From assembly GCA_965656375.1 (NCBI GenBank), contig CBFHKH010000001.1, positions 772,291-836,290 of the forward strand: a DNA stretch of 64,000 bases. The letters are read 5' to 3'. Positions 38,171 through 48,700 of the stretch are shown here, in pieces. Position 1 is the stretch's first letter. Each line of letters opens with the position of its first letter. A program made the translations under genes and the position numbers. Under the pieces are notes generated by a model, which worked only from the letters and a program-made list of their open reading frames with translations, was not told the DNA's origin and made no database searches. The stretch is from Minisyncoccia bacterium. Its GTDB lineage: Bacteria > Patescibacteriota > Minisyncoccia > Phycocordibacterales > UBA9973.

Positions 38171-39913
38171 CTATTTTGCTCCGATTTGCTCGCGCCACAT
38201 AGCGGCGTAGAGACCTTTTTCTGCAATGAGATTCTCATGTGAGCCGGACTCAACTACAGAACCTTTTTCAAGAACATAGATCCGATCAGCATGCATGATG
38301 GTCGAGAGGCGGTGAGCAATGAGAATAGTAATGTGTTCTTTTGATTCACCGATCGAGCGAACTGTTTTCGAGATTTCCTGTTCAGTAAGCGTATCAAGAG
38401 CACTGGTTGCTTCGTCGAAGATAAGGAGCTTTGGTGCACGAAGTAACGCACGTGCGATAGAGAGACGCTGTTTTTCTCCACCGGAGACTTTGACCCCACC
38501 TTCTCCGATAACTGTGTCGAGACCTTTACCTCCGCGTTCAAGTAGATTCTGACACTGAGCTTTCTTGAGCGCATTTAAGCATTCTTCATCGGTTGCTTTT
38601 GGATTTACGAAAAGCAAATTTTCCCTGATTGTTCCAGAAAAGAGCTGAGTGTCCTGAGTAACGAACCCGATTTGCATACGGAGTTCTTCCTTGTCTATTT
38701 TATCGTATGTGACACCGTTATAGAGAATTGTTCCTGATGTTGGTGTATAGAGGCCAACTAGAAGCTTCATAAGTGAAGTCTTTCCTGAGCCTGATGGACC
38801 TACGAATGCAATGGTTTCTCCTTTGGAAACTTTATATGAGATATCAGAAAGGGCAGGAGTCGATGCGCTTGATTGGTAAGAGAATGTCACATCTTTGAAT
38901 TCGAGATCTGATACTTCTCCAATCGCAGTTGGGTTATCTGCTTTTGGCTCAGGCGCCATTTTCATCAGTGTCGCGTAGTTTGCAATCGAAGCTTCGGCTT
39001 GTCGGTACGTACCGATGTAGGCTGCGATCTGGCTTACAGGGAAGAAGAGCCAGAAAGAATAAATATTGAGAGAAAGGTATTGTCCAAACGAAATACGTTC
39101 TGTGAAAATAAGATAGAAAAGGAATAAATAGAGTCCCGCACGAACTGCATTAGTCACTGTACCTTGGATAAAGTCGAGTGTACGTAGATAGCGGAGTTTC
39201 TTGAGCTCAAGAAGAAGGATTTTTTCTGTTGTTGAATTCAATCGTCCAACTTCCTGCGCAGTGAGGCCGAGACTTTTTACAAGTTCGATATTGCGTAGGG
39301 ACTCAGTTGTTGCTCCGGCAAGCGCAGTTGTTTCGGCTACGATAATTTTCTGAATATTCTTTATCTTTTTTGAGAATGCCAAAGTGATGCCCGCAATGAT
39401 GGCAACCATAGAACCGAAAATAAGCGGGATGACCCAGTAGACTCGAGCGGCATACACCATGACGAAGATAAAAATGATTGAGGAGATCAGGACAACATTA
39501 ATCGTATCGCTGATCAGTTTCTCTGCATCTTGGCGTGCTTTTTGGAGCTTGCCAAGCGTTTCTCCGCTTCGCTCATCTTCGAATACTTCGTAGGGGAGAT
39601 CGAGCGAGTGTCGAACACCTTCACGGTACATATCTGCACCACTTCGCTGGCTTACCGTATTCAAATAGTAATCCTGGAAATTTTTAGCGATTCGGGAAAT
39701 GAGTGCAGTACCGACAAATGCTCCGAGAAGAAGAAGGGTCCCGCGGAAAAATTCTGCACGGGTCAGTTCGTGGAACCGGAGCGCATAATTGTCGATAATA
39801 CGCTGAAAGATCATCGGCTCAAAGAGAGCGAACACCTGGTTTATAATTGCAAGAATGATTACAAGGACACACAGTTTCCAATACTTGCGAAGATACTCAT
39901 ATAATATTTGCAT
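38171..39913 (-). CDS. ABC exporter, fused permease/ATPase (MsbA/multidrug-type)
   Basis: 6-TM domain followed by an NBD with Walker A GPSGSGKTS, signature VSGGEKQRLSIARAL and Walker B LLIFDEATSALD. Start set at the internal Met MQILYEYLRKYW so it does not overlap the divergent helicase gene. Confidence 0.85.
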   Translation of the reverse strand: MQILYEYLRKYWKLCVLVIILAIINQVFALFEPMIFQRIIDNYALRFHELTRAEFFRGTLLLLGAFVGTALISRIAKNFQDYYLNTVSQRSGADMYREGVRHSLDLPYEVFEDERSGETLGKLQKARQDAEKLISDTINVVLISSIIFIFVMVYAARVYWVIPLIFGSMVAIIAGITLAFSKKIKNIQKIIVAETTALAGATTESLRNIELVKSLGLTAQEVGRLNSTTEKILLLELKKLRYLRTLDFIQGTVTNAVRAGLYLFLFYLIFTERISFGQYLSLNIYSFWLFFPVSQIAAYIGTYRQAEASIANYATLMKMAPEPKADNPTAIGEVSDLEFKDVTFSYQSSASTPALSDISYKVSKGETIAFVGPSGSGKTSLMKLLVGLYTPTSGTILYNGVTYDKIDKEELRMQIGFVTQDTQLFSGTIRENLLFVNPKATDEECLNALKKAQCQNLLERGGKGLDTVIGEGGVKVSGGEKQRLSIARALLRAPKLLIFDEATSALDTLTEQEISKTVRSIGESKEHITILIAHRLSTIMHADRIYVLEKGSVVESGSHENLIAEKGLYAAMWREQIGAK

Positions 39914-39968
39914 CCATAGATTATAGCCTATTTTCCATTTTTGCTGTAGTTTAGGTATAATATAGCCT

Positions 39969-42950
39969 ATGAAGACTACTCTTTTTGATGAGGCATACAA
40001 ATCGCTCAATAGTGCCCAAAAAGAAGCAGTCGATACTATTGATGGTCCGGTGATGGTAGTGGCTGGTCCTGGAACAGGTAAAACTCAGGTGCTTGCGCTT
40101 CGCATCGCTACGCTACTAGAAAAAACTGATACCCCGGCAAATGGGATTCTTTGCCTTACCTTTACTCGCGCAGGTGTACGGGCAATGCGCGATCGATTAG
40201 CCCGATATATTGGTTCACGAGCACGCGAAGTATCTATCTCTACATTCCATAGCTTTGCTATTTCGCTTGTTGAGAAGCACTATGAATTACTCGACTTCGC
40301 TAGTGTTCCGACACTCCTCGATACTGAGCATTCCGTAGCACTTTTTGATGAATTGCTCGAGAATGGAGAGTGGCAGTATCTACGACCGCGAGGCGATGTG
40401 TCTCGGTATTTTTCCGATCTTACTTCACTTGTATCGCTTCTAAAGCGTGAGCGCATTACCCCAGAGAAATTTCTTTCGGAGATAGATAAAGATATAAAAA
40501 CGCTCACTGAAAGTCCAGAAAGTATTTCGAGTCGCGGTGAGACAAAAGGTCAGATCAAAAAAGAAGTCCAGAAAAAGATCGATAGTCTGGAGCGTACTCG
40601 AGAAGCAATCTCTTTTTATAAAAAATATGAAGAAATAAAACATGAGCGATCACTCATGGATTATGATGATGTCCTTGAGTATGCTGTTCGACTTGTCGAA
40701 GAGTTCGAAGATGTTCGATCTGATATTCGCGAGAACTATCTCTATGTTTTAGTTGACGAACATCAGGATTCTTCGGGAATTCAGAATGCATTCTTGAAAG
40801 CAGTCTGGCAAAACACCGAACAACCAAATATTTTTGCAGTTGGGGATGACCGTCAGCTGATATATGGTTTTGGAGGTGCATCAGTCCACTATTTTGAGGA
40901 ATTTAAAACTGCATTCGGCCGTTCGAAGTTAATTTCGCTTGTTGAGAACTATCGCTCAACTGGTCCGATTCTTTCTCTTGCTGATACACTTCTTCAAAGC
41001 TCTCTTACAGGAGAAAATCTCAGAAGCCAAAAGGAAGGAGAAAAAGTTACACTTGCCGAATACTCATATGAGCGCGATGAGATAATCGCTGCAGGAATCT
41101 ACTTCAAGAAGAAAATAAATGATGGTGTACCCCCGGAAGAATGTGTACTTCTTGTTCCTCGCAACAGGCATATTCGTTCCGCTGTTACAACGCTCCGCTC
41201 GATGGGATTGCCGATCCGGAGTGAGGGAAATGTTTCACTTTTTTCGCTTCGCGAAACGGAAAGCCTGAGAGATATCTTTCGGATTGTTGCTGATCCATCT
41301 GACGCCGTTGCTCTTTCGCGATCAATCTTTTCTCCGCTTTCTGAAATAGCTGCACTCGATGCGCATACTTTTTTGAAATCAGTAAAAGCTCGAGATCTTT
41401 CCGTCGATATGCTTGCTTCATACGGAGAATCAGGCAATCTATTTTCTGGCGAAAGTTCGATCAATCTCTGGGGTAAAAAGCTAATTCACTGGATCAATCA
41501 ATCAACTTCGATTGGCCTAGTACCTCTTATCCAGAAGATTGGGAATGAGTATCTGATCGATAGTGCGACTGATCATGAGAGTTTGACTCGCCGGATCGAG
41601 ATCCTGCGTACGATGCTTCACCTTGCAAGCGCTCGAGTTGAGCATACGCCATCTGAAGACTTGGCCTCATTTGTACGTTATCTCGATCGGCTTGAAACAT
41701 ACGGGCAAACTATCACGGTTGCTACACTTCTCGGCGGGCAGGGGGTAAGCGTCCTAACGCTTCATGGTTCAAAAGGACTTGAATTCGAAACTGTATGGGT
41801 CGCGCATTTGAATGAATCAGTATTGATGTCAGCAAAACGCTTAGGATTTGCTGTTCCTGAATCTGTATCGCATTTGATCGAAGAGCGCGACAGATCAGTA
41901 GCTACTCGCGAAGTATATGTAGCTATTACACGCGCAAAAGAAGAATGCACTATATCCTATGCTCGTTCAAATACAAAAGAAGGCGAGCTTGAACTTGCGT
42001 ATTTGCTCGCTGATCTTCCCGAATCCCATTTTATAAAGAAATCAGCCGAGGAAACGGAATCTCTACTCGTAGGTGATGATCCAAAAGTATATGTGGCGAT
42101 GGATACCCCGCTTTCATCTTCAAGCGATCGAGATCAATTAATAGAGTCAGTTACAGATAGTTACGAAGAGCGTAAAGTTTCTGTTACACTTCTCAATAAT
42201 TTTTTTGAATGCCCATGGAAATGGTATTTCAGAAACGTACTTGACCTTCCAGAAGAAAAAACTGAGCACCAGCTCTTTGGAAGCGCAGTCCATAGAGCAC
42301 TTGAAAAGATTTTGAAGGGCGAACTTGCTCCACAGAAAAATAAAATCAACGAAGCACTCATTGAATTTCTAGAAAAAGAAGGGATTCGAGAAGAAACAGC
42401 ACTCAAACGCTTAAGCATAGATGGGGTTCGTGTTGTCCTCGCGTGGGCTGAGAGATTTCTACCAACGATAGCAAAAGATCATACTACAGAAAGATCGATC
42501 TCATATAAGGACCCAAATTTCCCTCACTTGCATCTCTATGGCAAGATCGATCTGACCGAGCGCACGCCTGATGGTTCTATCAGTGTGACGGATTTCAAGA
42601 CAGGTAGTTCAAAGACGCGCTCAGTTATTGAAAAGCGCGACGAAGAAGGTAGACTTTCTCCTCATTTGCGCCAGCTCACGATGTATGCGTACTTAATAAA
42701 AGGTACAGAGAAAAAAGATGTTGAAGAATCAAAGTTGCTCTATGTCGAAGAAGATTCTGATGAGAAAAATTCTGTCTATCGGACTCGTATAACGACAGAA
42801 GAAATTGATCTTCTTAAAAAAGACATTGCTGACTATGACAGTCTTGCGACAAGTGGCAAGTGGCTTGATCGAAAATGTTTGTTTAAACCGTATGGCACGG
42901 AAACAGAATGTCCATATTGTAAATGGGCTCTCGAAGTCTACGGAAAATAG
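39969..42950 (+). CDS. UvrD/Rep-family SF1 helicase fused to a C-terminal PD-(D/E)XK (RecB/Cas4-like) nuclease domain with a 4-Cys cluster
   Basis: Walker A AGPGTGKT, motif II VDEHQD, UvrD-like C-terminal helicase motifs (VAITRAKEE), then a tail with CPWKWY...C...CPYC (Cys4, Fe-S type as in AddB/Cas4/RecB-family nucleases). Confidence 0.8.
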   Translation: MKTTLFDEAYKSLNSAQKEAVDTIDGPVMVVAGPGTGKTQVLALRIATLLEKTDTPANGILCLTFTRAGVRAMRDRLARYIGSRAREVSISTFHSFAISLVEKHYELLDFASVPTLLDTEHSVALFDELLENGEWQYLRPRGDVSRYFSDLTSLVSLLKRERITPEKFLSEIDKDIKTLTESPESISSRGETKGQIKKEVQKKIDSLERTREAISFYKKYEEIKHERSLMDYDDVLEYAVRLVEEFEDVRSDIRENYLYVLVDEHQDSSGIQNAFLKAVWQNTEQPNIFAVGDDRQLIYGFGGASVHYFEEFKTAFGRSKLISLVENYRSTGPILSLADTLLQSSLTGENLRSQKEGEKVTLAEYSYERDEIIAAGIYFKKKINDGVPPEECVLLVPRNRHIRSAVTTLRSMGLPIRSEGNVSLFSLRETESLRDIFRIVADPSDAVALSRSIFSPLSEIAALDAHTFLKSVKARDLSVDMLASYGESGNLFSGESSINLWGKKLIHWINQSTSIGLVPLIQKIGNEYLIDSATDHESLTRRIEILRTMLHLASARVEHTPSEDLASFVRYLDRLETYGQTITVATLLGGQGVSVLTLHGSKGLEFETVWVAHLNESVLMSAKRLGFAVPESVSHLIEERDRSVATREVYVAITRAKEECTISYARSNTKEGELELAYLLADLPESHFIKKSAEETESLLVGDDPKVYVAMDTPLSSSSDRDQLIESVTDSYEERKVSVTLLNNFFECPWKWYFRNVLDLPEEKTEHQLFGSAVHRALEKILKGELAPQKNKINEALIEFLEKEGIREETALKRLSIDGVRVVLAWAERFLPTIAKDHTTERSISYKDPNFPHLHLYGKIDLTERTPDGSISVTDFKTGSSKTRSVIEKRDEEGRLSPHLRQLTMYAYLIKGTEKKDVEESKLLYVEEDSDEKNSVYRTRITTEEIDLLKKDIADYDSLATSGKWLDRKCLFKPYGTETECPYCKWALEVYGK

Positions 42951-42991
42951 CTTTCGTTTGAAAAAAAGCCATAAAATGCTATATTTTATAT

Positions 42992-43774
42992 ATGCAGAAA
43001 GGCAGCTTACATCCGCTAACAATACTTGAACGTGAGGCGTACGAGGTCTTCACAAGACTTGGTTTTGAGGTATCACGAGGTCCTGAACTTGAAACACTCT
43101 GGTATAACTTCGATGCGCTTAACGTGCCCAAAGATCACCCCGCTCGTGACATGCAAGATACTTTTTATATTAAATCAACTTCGTCAGAAGTCCCAGATGA
43201 AAGGTCCTCGGATCTCCTCGCACAAAATTCTGGGAAGGAGCGAGGCCAGACCGTTTCATCTGGGACTTCTGACTTCGTATTGCGCACGCATGCAACGAAT
43301 GTAAGTGCTCGCATTCTCGAGATAGCTGCAAAAGAAAACATAAAAGAAATTGCATCGATCTCTATCGGTAAAGTGTTTCGAAATGAAGCGACTGACATCA
43401 CGCACGAAATGCAGTTCTTCCAGATTGATGGATGCATGATTGGTGAGAATGTAAATCTCTCAAATATGAAAGCGGTGCTGATCGAGTTCTATAAAAAAGC
43501 GTTGGGTCCTGATATTGAAATTGAATTTCGTCCAAGCTTCTTCCCATTTACCGAACCATCCGTAGAAGTACATGCAAAGTTTAATGGCAAGTGGCTCGAG
43601 ATGATGGGTGGGGGAATGATCCATCCGCAAGTATTGAAAAACGCAGGGCTCGATCCAGAAAAAGTGCAAGGCTTCGCATTTGGCGGTGGCCTCGACCGTA
43701 TCGCGATGATTCGCTGGAATGTTCCTGATGTTAGACTTTTTTATCAGGGAGATTTGCGCCTCAATCAATTTTAA
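42992..43774 (+). CDS. pheS: Phenylalanine--tRNA ligase alpha subunit (short form, N-terminal extension absent)
   Basis: Class II aaRS motifs: FDALNVPKDHPARDMQDTFY, LRTHAT, FRPSFFPFTEPS, GGGMIHPQVL. A ~35-aa Ser-rich insertion follows motif 1. Confidence 0.85.
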   Translation: MQKGSLHPLTILEREAYEVFTRLGFEVSRGPELETLWYNFDALNVPKDHPARDMQDTFYIKSTSSEVPDERSSDLLAQNSGKERGQTVSSGTSDFVLRTHATNVSARILEIAAKENIKEIASISIGKVFRNEATDITHEMQFFQIDGCMIGENVNLSNMKAVLIEFYKKALGPDIEIEFRPSFFPFTEPSVEVHAKFNGKWLEMMGGGMIHPQVLKNAGLDPEKVQGFAFGGGLDRIAMIRWNVPDVRLFYQGDLRLNQF

Positions 43775-43787
43775 ATAAGAATACAGT

Positions 43788-45644
43788 ATGAAAATTTCTT
43801 ACAACTGGCTAAAAGCATATCTACCGGAACTGCCTGAAGCGGAAACGCTTGCAGATCTTTTTACATATCACGTATGTGAAGTTGAGTCAGTAGTCCCGAT
43901 TCGAGCCGACGGGTCTGCTGCAGACCCTGCCTCGAACGAGATTTCTGATTGGATTTTTGATCTGGGAATTCTTCCGAATCGTGCGCATGATTTACTTTCA
44001 CATCAAGGAGTTGCGAAAGAGCTTGCGGGGCTGCTCTCGATTTCTTTCAAAGATCCTACGCCGATGTACAAGACTCCAACACCAAGCCCTACAAATTTGA
44101 AAGTAGAAATAAATTCTGATAGTTGTCGAAGGTACTCTGCTCGCATTATCCGCAATGTAAAAGTTGGTCCGTCATCCGAGTGGGTGGTGAAGCATTTGGA
44201 ATCAATAGGCCAAAGAAGCATCAACAACATCGTCGATGCGACAAACATTGTCATGTATGACTGCGGTCAACCGACGCATGCATTTGATTTGGCTAAACTC
44301 ACAAGCGAAAAGATCATAATTACCAACGCAAAATCTGGAATGGAACTTCCTGTTGTAGGCAGGGAGGGTATCGTAGCAAAACTGCTTGATACTGATCTTG
44401 TCATCACAGATGGGGAGAAAAATCTTGCACTTGGAGGGGTAAAGGGTGGTCTTGATTCGGGAATACAGGAGGGAACTACAGACATCGTGATCGAAGTTGC
44501 AAACTTTGATCCTGTTTCGGTTCGTAAAACTGCACGGCGGCTTGGACTCCTTTCTGATTCTGCAAAACGATTCGAGAATGATTTATCGCCAACACTCTGC
44601 GACTTTGGAATGTTTGCACTCTCCGCACTTCTCGTTGAGTTATTCCCCGAAGCTACATTCGAAGAGATTGTAGATATATATCCGCATCCGCAGAAAGAAA
44701 GAATTATCTCATTCACGAGTGCACAGGTAGAGAAATATTTGGGAATTCAAATTCCAGAAAGCGAGATAGAAAATATTCTCAATCGCTATGGGTATACATA
44801 CATGAAAAAAGAAGATGAGTACATGATCATGGTGTCATCAATGCGCCTTGATCTCACTGGAGCACATGACATGATCGAGGAAATCGGCCGTGTGTATGGA
44901 TATGATAAAGTGAAACCCGAACTTCCGAAAATAAATTTCACTCCACAAAAAAATGAACAGTATGAAAAAATTTCTCATGTTCGAAATACTCTGATAGAGA
45001 AAGGGTACAGAGAAGTCATGACGTATGCATTTAGAAGTGCAGGTGACATAGAAGTTCTCGCGAGTGCAAGTGATAAAAAATTCTTGAGAACAAATCTTTC
45101 CGATGGACTCAAGAAGTCATACGAACTCAATAAATTAAACGCTCCGCTTCTCGCGACGAGTGAAGTTCGGATTTTTGAAATTGGAACAGTATTTAAAAAT
45201 AATGTGGAAGAAATTCATGTAGGATGGAATGAGAAGAGTGAAATTAAAGAAATAAAATTAGAAGAATTTAATGCTTCATCATTAGACAAAATTTCTGGTC
45301 CTCGGGTTGGTTCACCAGACCAGAGAATTTTGTCTAATGATTTTGCATCTCTTACACACTTTAAAATGTGGAGTGTGTATCCATTCATCGTACGTGACAT
45401 TGCGGTTTGGGTGCCAGAGGGGACAGATGCGAAGATACTTTCTGATATTTACAAAGAATTTGGCACAGAACTTCTAGAAGGTGAGCCGCAACTTGTCGAT
45501 ACGTTTACAAAAAATGAAAAAGTTTCTTATGCATTTCGACTCATTTTCCAATCATTTGATCGTACGCTCACTGATGAAGAAATAAATACAATCATGTCAA
45601 AAATTACCCTAAAAATCGAAAAAATGGGCTTCGAGGTACGTTAA
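43788..45644 (+). CDS. pheT: Phenylalanine--tRNA ligase beta subunit (short, 618 aa)
   Basis: MKISYNWLKAYLPE start, B3/B4 and B5 regions, catalytic-like C-terminal domain. Immediately downstream of pheS. Confidence 0.8.
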   Translation: MKISYNWLKAYLPELPEAETLADLFTYHVCEVESVVPIRADGSAADPASNEISDWIFDLGILPNRAHDLLSHQGVAKELAGLLSISFKDPTPMYKTPTPSPTNLKVEINSDSCRRYSARIIRNVKVGPSSEWVVKHLESIGQRSINNIVDATNIVMYDCGQPTHAFDLAKLTSEKIIITNAKSGMELPVVGREGIVAKLLDTDLVITDGEKNLALGGVKGGLDSGIQEGTTDIVIEVANFDPVSVRKTARRLGLLSDSAKRFENDLSPTLCDFGMFALSALLVELFPEATFEEIVDIYPHPQKERIISFTSAQVEKYLGIQIPESEIENILNRYGYTYMKKEDEYMIMVSSMRLDLTGAHDMIEEIGRVYGYDKVKPELPKINFTPQKNEQYEKISHVRNTLIEKGYREVMTYAFRSAGDIEVLASASDKKFLRTNLSDGLKKSYELNKLNAPLLATSEVRIFEIGTVFKNNVEEIHVGWNEKSEIKEIKLEEFNASSLDKISGPRVGSPDQRILSNDFASLTHFKMWSVYPFIVRDIAVWVPEGTDAKILSDIYKEFGTELLEGEPQLVDTFTKNEKVSYAFRLIFQSFDRTLTDEEINTIMSKITLKIEKMGFEVR

Positions 45645-45680
45645 GCGCACGTTCTTCACAAGTTATCCACATTTTTGATC

Positions 45681-45707
45681 AAAAAACCATATTTTATATG
45701 GTTTTTT
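45681..45707 (+). terminator. Rho-independent terminator after pheT
   Basis: AAAAAACCATAT-TTTA-TATGGTTTTTT. Confidence 0.6.
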
Positions 45708-45752
45708 ATCTATTTTTTAAGTTTTTCTGATGATACAATATAGATGTGTCTT

Positions 45753-48700
45753 ATGAACAAAGACAATAATCCAAAGTTTTTCAAATTAATACAGAAAATT
45801 CTCACCAAGCTTAAGCCTCGGTTTTCTTTACATTACGTTTCATATACCATACTTTTTTTGATGGTAGTATTTTCTGTTGTGCATCTCGTCGGTGCTGCAA
45901 CTCCGAACCCTGGTCACCCATGGAGTGAAGTTGGTGATGGAGTATTTACATTTACAAATGGACAAACAGTTACGAACTACACTTACACATTCCCAGCAGC
46001 GACTACCACCGTACTCACTACAAACGCACTGGTAACTCCTAGTCAAGGAGGAACTGGAATTGGAACCTACACTATCGGAGATTTAATTTATGCATCGGGA
46101 ACAACGACACTTACTACGCTTGCTGATGTTGCTACTGGAAGCTGTTTGATTTCCGGTGGTGTCGCAACTGCACCATCATGGGGTACATGTACAACCGGTG
46201 CTATTACCTCTCTCTCTGCGATTGGCTCATCTCCAAATGCTAACGGCGCGACTATCACTGGCTCAGTTCTTAACCTTGAACCCGCATCAGCATCGTTTGG
46301 TGGAGTGGTTACGACTGGTACTCAGACATTTGCTGGTCAAAAGACAATTTCAAATTCAACAACATCTGGTGCAGACCTTGCAATCACAAACACTGGTGCA
46401 TATACAGGTACAGGAATATTCAATCTCACTGCAAACTCAGCAACAAGTGGAACTCTGGCGTTAATAACTTCAAATAGTCAAAATGCAGGAAAAATGCTAG
46501 ACCTACAATTTTCAAACAATGGAGTATTCACGTCACATACAGCATTAAATATTTTAACTACAGGATCCGATAGTGGCAGTCCTACTACATACGGAGCTCA
46601 AATTTCAAATACCCATTCTTATAATAATATTGCTCTCTACTTGAATGCTTCTGGCGGTACAGGCTCAAATCCAAACAGAGCACTTGTTGTAAATGCGGGT
46701 ACTGTTACCGTCACCCCATTCAGCGCTGCAAATGGTGTTATTTATGCAACAAGTTCTGGAGTACTCACTCAAAGTGGAATAAATAGTACTGGAACAACCC
46801 AATGTTTAACTCAAGTAAGTTCTGGGGTTCCTACATGGGGGTCTTGTACAACCGGAGCCATAACAACCCTTGCAGCAATCGGATCATCACCAAATGCAAA
46901 TGGTGCAACATTAACTGGTTCAACTCTTAACCTTGAACCCGCATCAGCATCGTTTGGTGGAGTGGTTACGACTGGTACTCAGACATTTGCTGGTCAAAAG
47001 ACAATTTCAAATTCAACAACATCTGGTGCAGACCTTGCAATCACAAACACTGGTGCATATACAGGTACAGGAATATTCAATCTCACTGCAAACTCAGCAA
47101 CGACGGGTACGCTTGGATTGATTAATGGAGATGGACTTACGAGTGGTTCACTTCTTTCACTTACATCAAATGGAACAGCAACTGACAATAACCAGAAAGG
47201 ATTGAACATTTCACTCTCTGGTACAAATGCCAGTTCGTCAAAAACATCGTATGGCTTGTATGTTTCAAATGCACACCTTGGTACGAGTGCGAATAATTAC
47301 GGTACATACTTGTCTGCGACCGGAGGTGTTTCAAGTACCAATATCGCACTATATGCGACAGCAAGTGGATCAAATACAAATAATTATGCCGCAGTCTTTC
47401 CATCAGGAAGAGTCGGCGTGGGCTTGATCCGACCATTTAATATATTTCAAGTAGCACCTGTCCAATATAGCACTGGTTCAGTGTCTCAATCAGGCACTAC
47501 CGTGACTTTAACTGGAGCAACGTGGAGTAGTACAGTACAACCAGGAACTGTATTAGTGTTTGCAGACGGAACAAAGCGCATTGTAGATTCTTATACTGAT
47601 AGTACTCATATTGAAGTTACAGTATCTGGGACCGTTTCAAGTCAGTCATATACACTCAACTATACGGGATTAAATGTTGATGATTTAGGGAATGTAATGA
47701 TTGGTTCAACAACGAATCCAAATACTAATAGTAGACTTTATATCAATGGTGGTAACAATGGTGCAAATATCGACGCACGAGGCTGGCCCGGGGCAGCAAC
47801 AGACAGTAGTATTATTGAGCTTGAGGGATCTGATTATGATACAAACGCTCAATCCACATATCTTATGTATACAGGTGTTACTGCCACCGGGACACAGATG
47901 GGGTACTCAAAAGCAAATCTAGCGCAACTTGTCTTTAATGGGGACAATGCATTGATTTATTCTGGTTTAAATACTCCTATTATGTTCGGTACTAATGGAA
48001 CTCAACGGATGGTCCTATCTGCAGGAGGAAACTTCAGTATCGGATCAAATACCACAACCTCTCTTTTCAACGTCGGTTCTTCTGCACAGTTTCAGGTTAA
48101 CTCTTCTGGTGCAATTGCTGCGGCGGCTGGTATCACTTCAAGTGGAACTATTACATTCTCAGGTCTTGGCGGTGGAGGTATTCAATGTGTACAGACAAGC
48201 AATACGGGAGTACTCTCAGCAGCGGCGTGTGGTGGAGGCTCATCCACCTGGAACGGTATCACCAATCCGACTGGAACACAGACGCTCACGTTTGACGATG
48301 CTGAACTTAATAACTGGACAATGAATTCTGATACGGAAACATTTTGGACAATCACTTCCAACTCTCTTACAAGCGGAAAAGTTCTCTCTCTTGCATCATC
48401 ATCACTCACTACTGGAGGACTTATTGATCTAACTACCACCTCAACCGCACTTACTTCAGGCGGACTTCTTAATCTCCAGGCGACTGGTGCTCCAGCGAGT
48501 TCATGGACAGGGGAGCTCGCCAAGATCGAGTACAACAATGCTGATGTAGATGTAGATGGCAGCGCGCTCAAGGTAGGACTCCTCGGTGCAGCTGGAGGCG
48601 AAGGCACAGCACTCAACATCACGACCGCACAGACAGGAACAAATGCGTACGCACTTCGCGTCAACGATGATGGCACCTACACAGACAGTACGCCGTTTGT

